A stretch of 64,000 nucleotides of DNA, taken from the sequence record NC_061444.1; one strand, given 5' to 3'. Shown piece after piece: positions 17,337-26,417 of the stretch; the first letter of the stretch is position 1, and each line of letters starts with the position of its first letter. The translations under genes and the position numbers were made by a program. The notes beneath the pieces were generated by a model, which was not told the DNA's origin, did not search any database, and was given only the letters and a program-made list of their open reading frames with translations.

Positions 17337-17776
17337 CAATCTACTGGCCGACAATACTGATCTGTCTGACGCCGTTGCTTGCGTGTTATGCGACAATCCC
17401 GTGGTTCCGAGCAGCGGTAGACAGACGCCTGATGTTCAAGCCGTTTGACTATGACGCACTGACCGACATATACGCTAATGGTATGCCGGAGCGTATGCGC
17501 ATCGAATGTCTACACGCAAAGTACACTGCGTTTCAGGAGAATCATTCGCATGTGGATATCTTCCCCCACAAAGAAAACGTAGCAACGCTTCGCTTTCGTG
17601 TCGATGAAGAATTTCCTATTGCTCGTATCTTTCATGATGTGCTGGTTGGTAACTACAACGCGTTCGGGCTCAAAACAAAGAAAGCGCCTACGATAAGTAT
17701 CAACCAGTCAGTGTATCGTGTGCTTGATTTTGAATACGACGATCAGTACCTGTTCATTTATGTGAAACATCACTGA
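17333..17776 (+). CDS. membrane-anchored hypothetical protein (147 aa)
   Basis: GGAG SD; N-terminal hydrophobic helix YWPTILICLTPLLACYATIPWF. Confidence 0.75.
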   Translation: MTIYWPTILICLTPLLACYATIPWFRAAVDRRLMFKPFDYDALTDIYANGMPERMRIECLHAKYTAFQENHSHVDIFPHKENVATLRFRVDEEFPIARIFHDVLVGNYNAFGLKTKKAPTISINQSVYRVLDFEYDDQYLFIYVKHH

Positions 17777-17785
17777 GGCAACATC

Positions 17786-18085
17786 ATGGTCACCCAACAA
17801 CAACTCAAAGAGTTTTCTGCATTGCCCTCTTTAGACAGGAAAGTGTTTCTGCGTAGTATGCAAGTAGAGATGTTGGGTGCCCTCCCCGAAGTCGAGGCGA
17901 TTGTGCGTGAGATGTTGTATCGCGCTATCGTGGTAGACGTAGCACAGGCGGAGATGGCACTCCTTGCAGCACGTCAAATGTGTGAGAACAGGGACGTAAA
18001 GAAAGCCATTGACGATTTACTTATGTTTGCGGCCAAGATACATGACGCCGCAACTGATATCCTTTTTCTTGGAGATATAGCATGA
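17786..18085 (+). CDS. hypothetical protein (99 aa)
   Basis: GAGG SD. Confidence 0.8.
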   Translation: MVTQQQLKEFSALPSLDRKVFLRSMQVEMLGALPEVEAIVREMLYRAIVVDVAQAEMALLAARQMCENRDVKKAIDDLLMFAAKIHDAATDILFLGDIA

Positions 18086-19134
18086 ACACAATTTCTGGAT
18101 CAGTGATTGACGAAGATGTTCTGGATTGGCTCGATAACTTTAGTTCGCATGACCAGCGTAAGATTGCTGATGCGATCAATGCGATTGCGTATTCCCACCG
18201 CGCAGAGCTATCTATTCCGAACATGCTGCATGACGAAGACATTGCTGCACTGTCTCACTCTGACCTGTTCACTATTCTTTCGCTTGCTGCACCTAATGCG
18301 CAGTATGACTTAACGCTGTCCAACGTTCAACTGCTCGGCCTTGCGATGAACGCAATGGGTGTCATCAACTACAACATGCCTGAACTGAATAGCCCGATTA
18401 TGATCGCTCGCAAGTTCGCAGACGAGCGCCGTAAAAACATACTTGGTGGTGATAGCGGTCGTGGTGATGTGATCAAAGCACTCAATCAGTGGGTTTGCGG
18501 TCTGCGTGATATTGATTTGTCCCATGCAGGTTCTGATACCGCGCCTGACATTGCCGGTATGTATTTGTGTCTCGACGAGCATGAGCAGATTCGTTATGGC
18601 CGTCTGTTCCCTAACAGTAGCGAAGGCTGGACATTCTGTGAATCAAACGAAGACGGTGAATCTACTAACTGGTATGATCGCAACACCGAGCACGTCAAAG
18701 AAGATGATCTGCCTATGACGTTGCTTAGTAACTGGGTGCTGGTGGCTGAGTGGTATAGCCCGAACGTTAAAGCTGCCCAGAAAGCAATTCCGCTAGGTTG
18801 TGTGAGTGACACGCATCGCATCTTTATGTTCCTGCGTAGTCTTAGCCCTCACGTAAAAGCGGAGCTGGTGGCACACTTCGATGGTGTGCTTGACTACAAA
18901 GCACCGACCTGTGTTGATACTATCGGTCGCTTGACTGAGCACGACTGGCGTATGGCTGCTATCGCTGTTGCAGACGACGCAGAGATTCCTGCAGGTGAGA
19001 CAAGCTGGTCTAATGTACCTGCGTGGTTGTGCTTCGTTGCCGTTGCTAAATCACTTGGTTTCAACTTCGAAACGCGCCAGTTCGACCCGCAGTTCGAGTA
19101 TCAAGCTAACGACGATCATTTAGAAGGGGAGTAA
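18082..19134 (+). CDS. hypothetical protein (350 aa)
   Basis: GGAG SD; long ORF. Confidence 0.9.
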   Translation: MNTISGSVIDEDVLDWLDNFSSHDQRKIADAINAIAYSHRAELSIPNMLHDEDIAALSHSDLFTILSLAAPNAQYDLTLSNVQLLGLAMNAMGVINYNMPELNSPIMIARKFADERRKNILGGDSGRGDVIKALNQWVCGLRDIDLSHAGSDTAPDIAGMYLCLDEHEQIRYGRLFPNSSEGWTFCESNEDGESTNWYDRNTEHVKEDDLPMTLLSNWVLVAEWYSPNVKAAQKAIPLGCVSDTHRIFMFLRSLSPHVKAELVAHFDGVLDYKAPTCVDTIGRLTEHDWRMAAIAVADDAEIPAGETSWSNVPAWLCFVAVAKSLGFNFETRQFDPQFEYQANDDHLEGE

Positions 19135-19135
19135 C

Positions 19136-19678
19136 ATGGCAAAGTCACTAGGCGTATACATGACGTATATTCTGCGTCATAAGCCTCAGGACATTGGCAT
19201 CGCAATGGACACCCAAGGCTGGGTGTCTGTTCTGGATTTCTTGCAGAAAGCGAAGTACAAAAAGCAAGTGACCAGAGAGATGCTGATCGCAGAAGTAGAA
19301 GCGGACGATAAAGGTCGTTTTGAGTTTAACTCGAACAAGTCCAAGATTCGTTGTGTTCAAGGTCATTCTGTCGAACACGTCATTCTCAATCTTGCCCCGT
19401 GGACTGATTGTTTGCCTTTGTATCACGGCACCGCTGAAAAGAATATTGCTTCAATCAAGCACGAAGGAATCCTGAAACGCAAACGCAAGCATGTCCATAT
19501 CAGTAACGATATCGAAACAGCAAAGCGTGTTGGTCAACGTCACGGTGTCCCTGTTGTGTTTGAGATCGACACACAGACAATGATTACTCACGGGTACAAG
19601 TTCTACAGAGCAGAGAATGGAGTCATCTTAACTGACCACGTACCTTCTCGCTATATCAGGCTTATGGACGCTAACTAA
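19136..19678 (+). CDS. kptA: RNA 2'-phosphotransferase (Tpt1/KptA)
   Basis: YILRHKP, GWV, DDKGRF, IRCVQGHS, LYHGT, RKHVHIS, ENGV. Confidence 0.95.
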   Translation: MAKSLGVYMTYILRHKPQDIGIAMDTQGWVSVLDFLQKAKYKKQVTREMLIAEVEADDKGRFEFNSNKSKIRCVQGHSVEHVILNLAPWTDCLPLYHGTAEKNIASIKHEGILKRKRKHVHISNDIETAKRVGQRHGVPVVFEIDTQTMITHGYKFYRAENGVILTDHVPSRYIRLMDAN

Positions 19679-19687
19679 GCACAATTC

Positions 19688-19731
19688 TGGACGAAACAGC
19701 CATTCAAGACTGGCTCGATTTATGCTATAAT
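19688..19731 (+). promoter_or_regulatory. phage promoter cassette copy 4
   Basis: TGGACGAAAC at 19688; TGC-TATAAT at 19726 (38 nt offset). Confidence 0.8.
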
Positions 19732-19780
19732 AGAGATGAACGCTAGACACTCGTTTAGCTACTTACATGAGGATATGTAT

Positions 19781-21190
19781 ATGAAAAAGATTAAGCACAC
19801 TTTCCGCCTGACCGACCTTGTTCGTATCTCCAACGTTCTGCCTGTTACCATGAAGCATTTTGATGGTGCGGGTGAAGAAGCAATCGTCGTTGGTCGTCAG
19901 GATGAAAAAGACGAGTACGCACTACACGTCAAACATCATGGTCGTGTTTCATGGTACCCCGCCGAGTGTTTGAAACTGATCAAACACGATCAGTCTGCAC
20001 TTCTCGACAAGTGGGAAGCTGGTAAGTACGGCAAGAAGAAAAAGAAAGAGCGTGAGATCCCTAACGAACTGCGCAACTTCACTGCTATCCTGCCTGTGAC
20101 CTGTAACGCTGATTGTGCTTTCTGCCCTGAGAAAGAAATGGAAAACAAAGCGCCGCAGAAAGAGTGGCAAGACAATCTGATGGCTGCAATCAAAACGCAC
20201 GGCCATCGTGTCGACCACATATCAATCTCTGGTGGCGAACCTACGCTTCGCATGAAGTATCTGTTCGAAACGATTGATCGTATTCGTGCAGAAGCGGGTA
20301 TGCACAAAGTGGGTCTGACTTCTAACGGTCAGTTTCTTGAAAAGCACAACCAGACGATGACGTTCCTCGATCTGAATACAGACGTGATGCTGGAAAGCAA
20401 ACTGTCGCATCTGAATATCAGTCTGCACTCATTCGACCGTGAGAAAGCAAACAAGATTATGGGCGTCAACTATACGTGGACTCTTGATGACCTTGTGCGC
20501 TTCCGTCGCCAGTTAGGTCGCAAGCTGAGTTTCCATATCAACTTCGTTATCAACAAGCAGAACATCGACAACATCGAATGGGAGTTCCGTCAGGCGAACG
20601 AACTGATGAAAGCAAACCCGTGGATCGACGTTGTGTTCCGTGTTGACTACGACAACAAGAAGTTGAGCAAAGAACTGCGCAAGTATGGCATGGCCCATGA
20701 AGCGTGGCGCAACGCTACTCGCGGCTCACAGCGTGACGTTATGGAAGCTGAGAAGAAGTTGAAGAAAAAGCCTGAGCTGATCAAGCTGTTTGATTCTATC
20801 TTTGACGGCAGCTACTACGATGACCTTTTCGACGAGACTATGCCCGGCTTCGACGATACGTTTACTACTGGTTGTCCGTCATGCTTCACGCATCGCAGCG
20901 CCGACCTCGGTAACAGCTTCGCATATCTGAAAGCGTCTTCATACGAACCGAACGAAGACGAAGAAGAATACACCGAAATGGTATTCCACATGGACGGCAA
21001 CCTGTACTTCGACTGGTCACGCAAAGAGCCTGTACCAGAAGTGAAAGCCAAGAAGGTAAAAGCGAAGAAAGTGAAGAAGGCGAAGAAAGAAGAACCTAGA
21101 GGCTATCCTGATAGTTGTGAATACACCTCCCAGCGTTGCGGTTATGTTGGTGGTAATGGTCGTTGTGGTTTCGGTAGCGGTATGTGTTAA
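19781..21190 (+). CDS. radical SAM protein with N-terminal SH3-like domain and Cys/Gly-rich C-terminal tail
   Basis: CNADCAFC (CxxxCxxC), SISGGEP, TSNG, LNISLHS; GAGG SD before ATG 19781. Confidence 0.9.
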   Translation: MKKIKHTFRLTDLVRISNVLPVTMKHFDGAGEEAIVVGRQDEKDEYALHVKHHGRVSWYPAECLKLIKHDQSALLDKWEAGKYGKKKKKEREIPNELRNFTAILPVTCNADCAFCPEKEMENKAPQKEWQDNLMAAIKTHGHRVDHISISGGEPTLRMKYLFETIDRIRAEAGMHKVGLTSNGQFLEKHNQTMTFLDLNTDVMLESKLSHLNISLHSFDREKANKIMGVNYTWTLDDLVRFRRQLGRKLSFHINFVINKQNIDNIEWEFRQANELMKANPWIDVVFRVDYDNKKLSKELRKYGMAHEAWRNATRGSQRDVMEAEKKLKKKPELIKLFDSIFDGSYYDDLFDETMPGFDDTFTTGCPSCFTHRSADLGNSFAYLKASSYEPNEDEEEYTEMVFHMDGNLYFDWSRKEPVPEVKAKKVKAKKVKKAKKEEPRGYPDSCEYTSQRCGYVGGNGRCGFGSGMC

Positions 21191-21206
21191 CAGGGAAAAT
21201 GAAATA

Positions 21207-21563
21207 ATGCGTAAAAACTATTACTATGACAGCCCGTTCTACTACGGGCTTATCGTGTGGCGCAGACGCCTTGCAGTTACTGGTGTGATGCTGATTGCCA
21301 TTCTGATCATGCACGGACGTTCAGCACCTGCTGTAGAAGACATGTGGTTCTGGACAGGTATCATCTTCGGTATCGTTGGTGGCGTTTGCTATATTCGCAT
21401 GTGGTCCTACGAGAGCTACTTGCTTGCTGCGATGGGTCCTCTAGATAACAGCAGTGTTGTTGGAAGTTTGCATTTCGATAAGATCGAACGCAAACATGCA
21501 GTCTGGTACGAAAAGAAGTTCGGACGCAAGCCGCCTAAAACTAACACATGGAGTATCGACTAA
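21207..21563 (+). CDS. membrane protein, two predicted TM helices (118 aa)
   Basis: LAVTGVMLIAILIM and MWFWTGIIFGIVGGVCYI hydrophobic segments. Confidence 0.7.
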   Translation: MRKNYYYDSPFYYGLIVWRRRLAVTGVMLIAILIMHGRSAPAVEDMWFWTGIIFGIVGGVCYIRMWSYESYLLAAMGPLDNSSVVGSLHFDKIERKHAVWYEKKFGRKPPKTNTWSID

Positions 21564-22339
21564 TGCCTCGCATGTTTACTGATACACACCGCAAGAAATA
21601 CTATCGTCGCAAAGATGACCCGCAGTATCACGGCGATTTGTGTGAGCAACTGCAACTCGAAGGTATGGAAACGCTGAAAGACCTAAAATACTTTCAGACT
21701 GCTATCGGTGCTATGCGTAGACGTGACAGCATGAACGTCAATACGACACGCAAGTTTGAGGAGTGGGAACGTCTTGGTATGCTTATTCGCGGTAATCCTG
21801 ATATACGCGAACTGCAACAACACGTTCGTGCCTGTGCTTCTCGCATGAAAGCGATTCGTATTGCATACACCGAAGCGCACTCAAAGCGACACAATCAACC
21901 GCTGCAATTTGAAGTGCGTGACGCAGACAACAACCGCGTTGACGTGTTTGTGACGTATGGTGCAGCGCAGTATTGCAAATTGCGTTCAGGTCTCGGTGCA
22001 ACTATCGGACGCTATGAGGAAGTTTCTCTTGCGGAAAGTGTCGATGAACTGATGCAGGAGCAAGCTGCCTGTGACGAGATTGACCGTAAGCTCGATCTTA
22101 TTGAAGACGGCAAGTGTTCCGAATGCGGCGCAGAGCGTGACCCTGATGTAGACGATGAATATATGTGTCTGTCGTGTCGTATGGACTCTGATGATGAAGA
22201 ACGTGCGGAGGAAACATACGACTACCATGTAGTCGATCCTCGCATGAGAGTCTTGTTCAAATCAAACGATTTAGAGGCTGCTGAGAACTATGCCAAGTAT
22301 TCTGGCCGAGTTTGTAAAGTGCAGTACGTAGGGGAATAA
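21563..22339 (+). CDS. hypothetical protein with CxxC-x14-CxxC zinc ribbon (258 aa)
   Basis: CSECG...CLSC; TAATG overlap. Confidence 0.8.
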   Translation: MPRMFTDTHRKKYYRRKDDPQYHGDLCEQLQLEGMETLKDLKYFQTAIGAMRRRDSMNVNTTRKFEEWERLGMLIRGNPDIRELQQHVRACASRMKAIRIAYTEAHSKRHNQPLQFEVRDADNNRVDVFVTYGAAQYCKLRSGLGATIGRYEEVSLAESVDELMQEQAACDEIDRKLDLIEDGKCSECGAERDPDVDDEYMCLSCRMDSDDEERAEETYDYHVVDPRMRVLFKSNDLEAAENYAKYSGRVCKVQYVGE

Positions 22340-22343
22340 TAAA

Positions 22344-22607
22344 ATGGCTGTAGGCTTCGTAAAAGACGATGGCGTTAACGATACCATCGAAACAAACGTA
22401 ATGAACGAGATTGACCGTGCTCGTTCAGAACTTCAAGGTGCAGGCTCTGATTACTGCATCAACCCTGACTGCGGTGCTAAGATTCCTGTGATGCGCAAGC
22501 TCGCTATGCCGAACGCGCGTTATTGCATTAACTGTCAGGCAAGTCATGACGGTTCCGCGCATGTTGGCTACAATCGTCGTGGCTCCAAAGATTCTCAATT
22601 GAGGTAG
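22344..22607 (+). CDS. ybiI: DksA/TraR family C4 zinc-finger protein (YbiI-like)
   Basis: C..CGA.IP..R..A.P.AR.C..CQ and C-terminal GYNRRGSKDSQLR as in E. coli YbiI. Confidence 0.92.
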   Translation: MAVGFVKDDGVNDTIETNVMNEIDRARSELQGAGSDYCINPDCGAKIPVMRKLAMPNARYCINCQASHDGSAHVGYNRRGSKDSQLR

Positions 22608-22613
22608 CAGACA

Positions 22614-23036
22614 ATGGCAACACTTACCCAAATGAATAAGAAGTGGAACGTAACGTTCACCCAGAAAGATAAACCTGATAACGTGTTCACCGCTACGTAT
22701 ACCAACGAGCAGGAGTATCTCAACTGGGTGGCTCTGCATGAGCAGGGCTTCGATATCGAAGTTGAGATCGAAATGTCTTTCCTCGTGCAGAAAGGTCCGC
22801 ACGACAACATACAACCTGTCGATCAGCCTGATGTGACTTATTCGCTTGAGGCGTTTATCTCGACCGCTAACGACTGGGTAGTTATTCGTAGTGGCATCGC
22901 TTCCCCAGAAGCTGTCACTCAACTTATCGATCAACTCAATATCACGCCTGAAAACAAACACGTCAAGGGAACTAAGTTCCGCGTTGTGCGTGTTATGCGT
23001 GACGCTGTTGAAGAACTGTGGGGAGAGATGCGGTGA
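22614..23036 (+). CDS. hypothetical protein (140 aa)
   Basis: GAGG SD. Confidence 0.85.
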   Translation: MATLTQMNKKWNVTFTQKDKPDNVFTATYTNEQEYLNWVALHEQGFDIEVEIEMSFLVQKGPHDNIQPVDQPDVTYSLEAFISTANDWVVIRSGIASPEAVTQLIDQLNITPENKHVKGTKFRVVRVMRDAVEELWGEMR

Positions 23037-23167
23037 GCGACAAAGAACCATATTCACGTTGTGAAGACTGCCGTACACCTCTAGCAGAAGATGAAGTGTA
23101 CGGTGAGTGGGATGACCTGTGCGAGAACTGCTTCGCCGATCGTGAAGACGAAGGGGAGCCGACATAA
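23033..23167 (+). CDS. small acidic zinc-ribbon protein (44 aa, MSDKEPYSRCEDCRTPLAEDEVYGEWDDLCENCFADREDEGEPT)
   Basis: GTGA overlap with upstream stop, GGGAG SD, TAATG overlap downstream; CxxC...CxxC; below ORF-track cutoff. Confidence 0.7.
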   Translation: MSDKEPYSRCEDCRTPLAEDEVYGEWDDLCENCFADREDEGEPT

Positions 23168-23484
23168 TGCTGCGTAAACTTTGGATAGCTATGGGATTCA
23201 TATTCCCTACTGTTGCAGATGCCATGCGTAAACGTCAGGCTTGTACACGCATCGGTTACACCAGCTACTGCGTTATGAATCGAGCTGGTTTTGCAGAAGC
23301 ATTCACGCACCACCTGCATGAGTATCGAAACGCCAGCGATTCGCTGGCTGTACTCAACAAACATAAGCACGAAGACGTGACTGCAAAAGCGCAGCGTATG
23401 GATTATCCTTGTGTTGTTGTCTTTGTGGAAGATGGCTTCTCAACGATTGCAATTGATGCGCCTACTATGGAGCGCCACGTATGA
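23167..23484 (+). CDS. hypothetical protein (105 aa)
   Basis: GGGGAG SD; coupled overlaps. Confidence 0.8.
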   Translation: MLRKLWIAMGFIFPTVADAMRKRQACTRIGYTSYCVMNRAGFAEAFTHHLHEYRNASDSLAVLNKHKHEDVTAKAQRMDYPCVVVFVEDGFSTIAIDAPTMERHV

Positions 23485-23834
23485 AACTTACAAAGCTGCC
23501 ACGTTACTTGTGGCTTACGAGCAAACAGGTAACGTACTTCTTCAAGCTGCTTAAAGCGAATCGTGAACTCGCTGCTATGGAGCATGAAGCAGAAGTGCTC
23601 AAAGCTCTGCAAGATCTCACTGAGCGTGATATGCAGAACGGAACTATTGTCTGCATCAAGGTGCTTTCGTTCTTTCAGGAGTTGAAGCGTCCTCGTGGTG
23701 TGAAGCATAATCTTCCCTACCTATGGCCGAAGCGTGATTTGATTTGCTTGCTCAACAAGAACGGCGTTGCAGTAGGTCCAGTACCGAATTACTTTGCAGC
23801 GTTCCATCAACTCGTAGACAAAGGGTTTAAATGA
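23481..23834 (+). CDS. hypothetical protein (117 aa)
   Basis: GGAG SD; ATGA overlap. Confidence 0.8.
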   Translation: MKLTKLPRYLWLTSKQVTYFFKLLKANRELAAMEHEAEVLKALQDLTERDMQNGTIVCIKVLSFFQELKRPRGVKHNLPYLWPKRDLICLLNKNGVAVGPVPNYFAAFHQLVDKGFK

Positions 23835-24496
23835 TGAACATCATTCAATTCCTCATGGATGAGGACGAAGTACAAGAAGCACTCGTCGCGTATCGCACTG
23901 ACCCTACCGATGAAAACAAACGTCGTGTGATCGAAACGCTTTTGCGTGAGCGAGAGTCCGCACCTGACGTGTCAGAGAAACCTACTGTGCTTGGTAAGCC
24001 TCCACATCGTTTTGTGCTTATCCCGCACACTACCGCCATCAATCGTGAGCGAGTAGAAGTTAGTGGTGGTCAGATTAGCTGGGACAGGCCCGTTGATCGT
24101 AGACTGCTCGATCTAGCGAAGTGTGCTACTCGTGTCGGTCATCACGTACACGAACTTGGGGGATCTGCTGTATTTGTGCGATTCACCGTCGAAGAGTGGC
24201 ATGAGACTTTCATGACGCAGGGTCTTCCTATGTACCTTGCAGCGATGCAAGATGCCTTGAAGGAAACAGAGAGTCTCGAAGCTATCGCAGTCTCTATGGA
24301 GAAACTGATTCGCGTTGTAGGTAACATGACCGAACTTGCATATTCAAAACGCCTGATAGGCCAGATGTATGCTGTTGCCGAAAACAGACACGACGACACT
24401 GTTAGCCGTGCGCTAGTCGCTATGGTGGATCTGAAAAGAACAAAGAACATCCCTGCTATCTGTAAAGAACCCGAAGACGAGAACGAGGAAGAATAA
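23831..24496 (+). CDS. hypothetical protein (221 aa)
   Basis: Coupled overlap; long ORF. Confidence 0.85.
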   Translation: MMNIIQFLMDEDEVQEALVAYRTDPTDENKRRVIETLLRERESAPDVSEKPTVLGKPPHRFVLIPHTTAINRERVEVSGGQISWDRPVDRRLLDLAKCATRVGHHVHELGGSAVFVRFTVEEWHETFMTQGLPMYLAAMQDALKETESLEAIAVSMEKLIRVVGNMTELAYSKRLIGQMYAVAENRHDDTVSRALVAMVDLKRTKNIPAICKEPEDENEEE

Positions 24497-24868
24497 ATGA
24501 TCAAGAAAATTCCTACCCAGCAAATTGATAAAGACATGGCATTGCGTATCGAAGACTACGCCGCTGCGTGTAACCTCACCGATTACACTGCCGTGGTTCG
24601 TGGTGCGTGGAAATTGATTCGCGGTACAAACAAGAATGGTCAGTTCACTGTCGTTCTTGTCGGTCCTCACGCTGTCACATCCAATCTAGTCGGCATCCAG
24701 ATTCTAATGGCTGCTGGCTTCTCTGATGTAGACGCTATGCTTGCCTTAGGTGTGACGCGTGGTGAGTATAAGACGTGGGTTAAACACCAACGAGCGCGTG
24801 TACGTGAATCTAAAACGCAACCACGCATGGGCAGCACAACATCACTCGACGATCTCAAGGGGAAATAA
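24497..24868 (+). CDS. hypothetical protein (123 aa)
   Basis: GAGG SD. Confidence 0.8.
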   Translation: MIKKIPTQQIDKDMALRIEDYAAACNLTDYTAVVRGAWKLIRGTNKNGQFTVVLVGPHAVTSNLVGIQILMAAGFSDVDAMLALGVTRGEYKTWVKHQRARVRESKTQPRMGSTTSLDDLKGK

Positions 24869-24869
24869 G

Positions 24870-25643
24870 ATGAAACAGTTATTCGTAGGCAGCCACCCAA
24901 ACACCGTTCGCTTCTCTGATCTCGATTCGCGTGATCGCGTGTGTGAGATTCGTGTGCTGATCGCTAATGCGTATACTATTCTGCGCGATGCGATTGGCGA
25001 GAAAGCCAAAGACGAGTCAAGCATCTTCCACGGTCCGTGGCTCGTGTTTCGCAACCTGATGAATGAGCACCCTGCTACGTGTCTCGAAGAATATCGTCAC
25101 GCCTCAATCTACTTCGATGCAGACACTGAAAACATGGTGACTGAGATTGCTGATCTGATTGAACAGCATATCGAGCTGACGCGACAGACTATTAGCCTGA
25201 AGGGCATTCACCAACATCAGGCTGATGCGATGATCAGTATTGACGATACTACCCAGAATACTATGCGTGAAGTAACGGTGCGCGTTGGGTTAGGTAAGAC
25301 CCGCAGTGTTCTAAGTGAGACTGAGAGCAACAATCCTCATCTGGTATTGGCGGACAGTGTTCGCGCGTATATCCAGAACGCTGCCAAGACCGCATCGGTA
25401 TTTGCGTTTTGCTCGCGTTTGACCAATAAATTGGGATCTGATTGTTATGACCGTTACGACGACATGACTCAGGAAGAAATGATTGACTGCGTACACGGCC
25501 TCATTCTCGCTTCATCTCAAAGTGTGGAGCAAATTCAAGGCCATGTGCGTCACTACATCAAGGCCTTATCTATGCCGGAGTGGAAATGGTTTGGGTCGAA
25601 CTATCAGGCGGCAGATGATGAAAACTTCGCGCTTCCCTCTTAA
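24870..25643 (+). CDS. hypothetical protein (257 aa)
   Basis: AAGGGG SD before ATG 24870. Confidence 0.85.
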   Translation: MKQLFVGSHPNTVRFSDLDSRDRVCEIRVLIANAYTILRDAIGEKAKDESSIFHGPWLVFRNLMNEHPATCLEEYRHASIYFDADTENMVTEIADLIEQHIELTRQTISLKGIHQHQADAMISIDDTTQNTMREVTVRVGLGKTRSVLSETESNNPHLVLADSVRAYIQNAAKTASVFAFCSRLTNKLGSDCYDRYDDMTQEEMIDCVHGLILASSQSVEQIQGHVRHYIKALSMPEWKWFGSNYQAADDENFALPS

Positions 25644-25821
25644 ACGTTATTGGCGCGAGGCGATAATACTGATTGTGTTGGTTGTCATCGCTTTCGCTTT
25701 ACCTTACTTCGAAGTGCGCAACCCAGAGCTGACTATGCTGGTGGCTGTTATCGTGGCTGTGTACTTCTTCGCTACTTGGGCATGTAAGCCTAGATATGGA
25801 CGAGACAATGAGAAAGAATGA
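25618..25821 (+). CDS. small membrane protein, two TM helices (~67 aa)
   Basis: AIILIVLVVIAFALPYF and LTMLVAVIVAVYFFATWAC. Confidence 0.65.
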   Translation: MKTSRFPLKRYWREAIILIVLVVIAFALPYFEVRNPELTMLVAVIVAVYFFATWACKPRYGRDNEKE

Positions 25822-26359
25822 AATCGTATTGAGCGCCGAAGAGATTGCAGACGGCATTGAGAAGATCAATCACGCACTACTGCAAGTTGGTCTGCGTTGC
25901 AACGAAGGTGATGTTGGTTACGAAACTGTGTACACCGATGATCGCGGTGAAACGCAGGGTGGCTGGTACGCCGAGTTCGATAAGAAGTCCCGCGATAAGC
26001 TGCGTGAATCAAAGAAAGTGTCGTGGCGTAACTGCGGCATGATTAGCGGCGACACGCTCGATAGCATTCTGCGTACTGCTGCTAGTCTGAAATTCCGCAA
26101 CTATGGCAAAGAGCCTAGCCCTACTCAGATTAAGAAAGTGGTGCACATGATGACCAAAGAAGGTGCCACCCAGAGAGCGCTTGAGATCTACAACTCAGCC
26201 GCGCCTCTGTCTGACGATGACCTCAAGCTGTGTATCGAACACTTCCGTTCACTGGAAGCGTTAATCAAAGTTGACCCGATGTTGAAGCTCGCGCAGCCAT
26301 ACGTCGTGAACAACCTGTATCAACTCGAAAACTACTTACACGCACGTAAGAGCAAGTAA
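25808..26359 (+). CDS. hypothetical protein (~183 aa)
   Basis: Long ORF, coupled overlap; start 25796 or 25808. Confidence 0.8.
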   Translation: MRKNEIVLSAEEIADGIEKINHALLQVGLRCNEGDVGYETVYTDDRGETQGGWYAEFDKKSRDKLRESKKVSWRNCGMISGDTLDSILRTAASLKFRNYGKEPSPTQIKKVVHMMTKEGATQRALEIYNSAAPLSDDDLKLCIEHFRSLEALIKVDPMLKLAQPYVVNNLYQLENYLHARKSK

Positions 26360-26417
26360 CAATCATGGGAGACTCCTAACGGGGTTTCCCATTCGTCATT
26401 TCTGGAGCAAATTTCAC

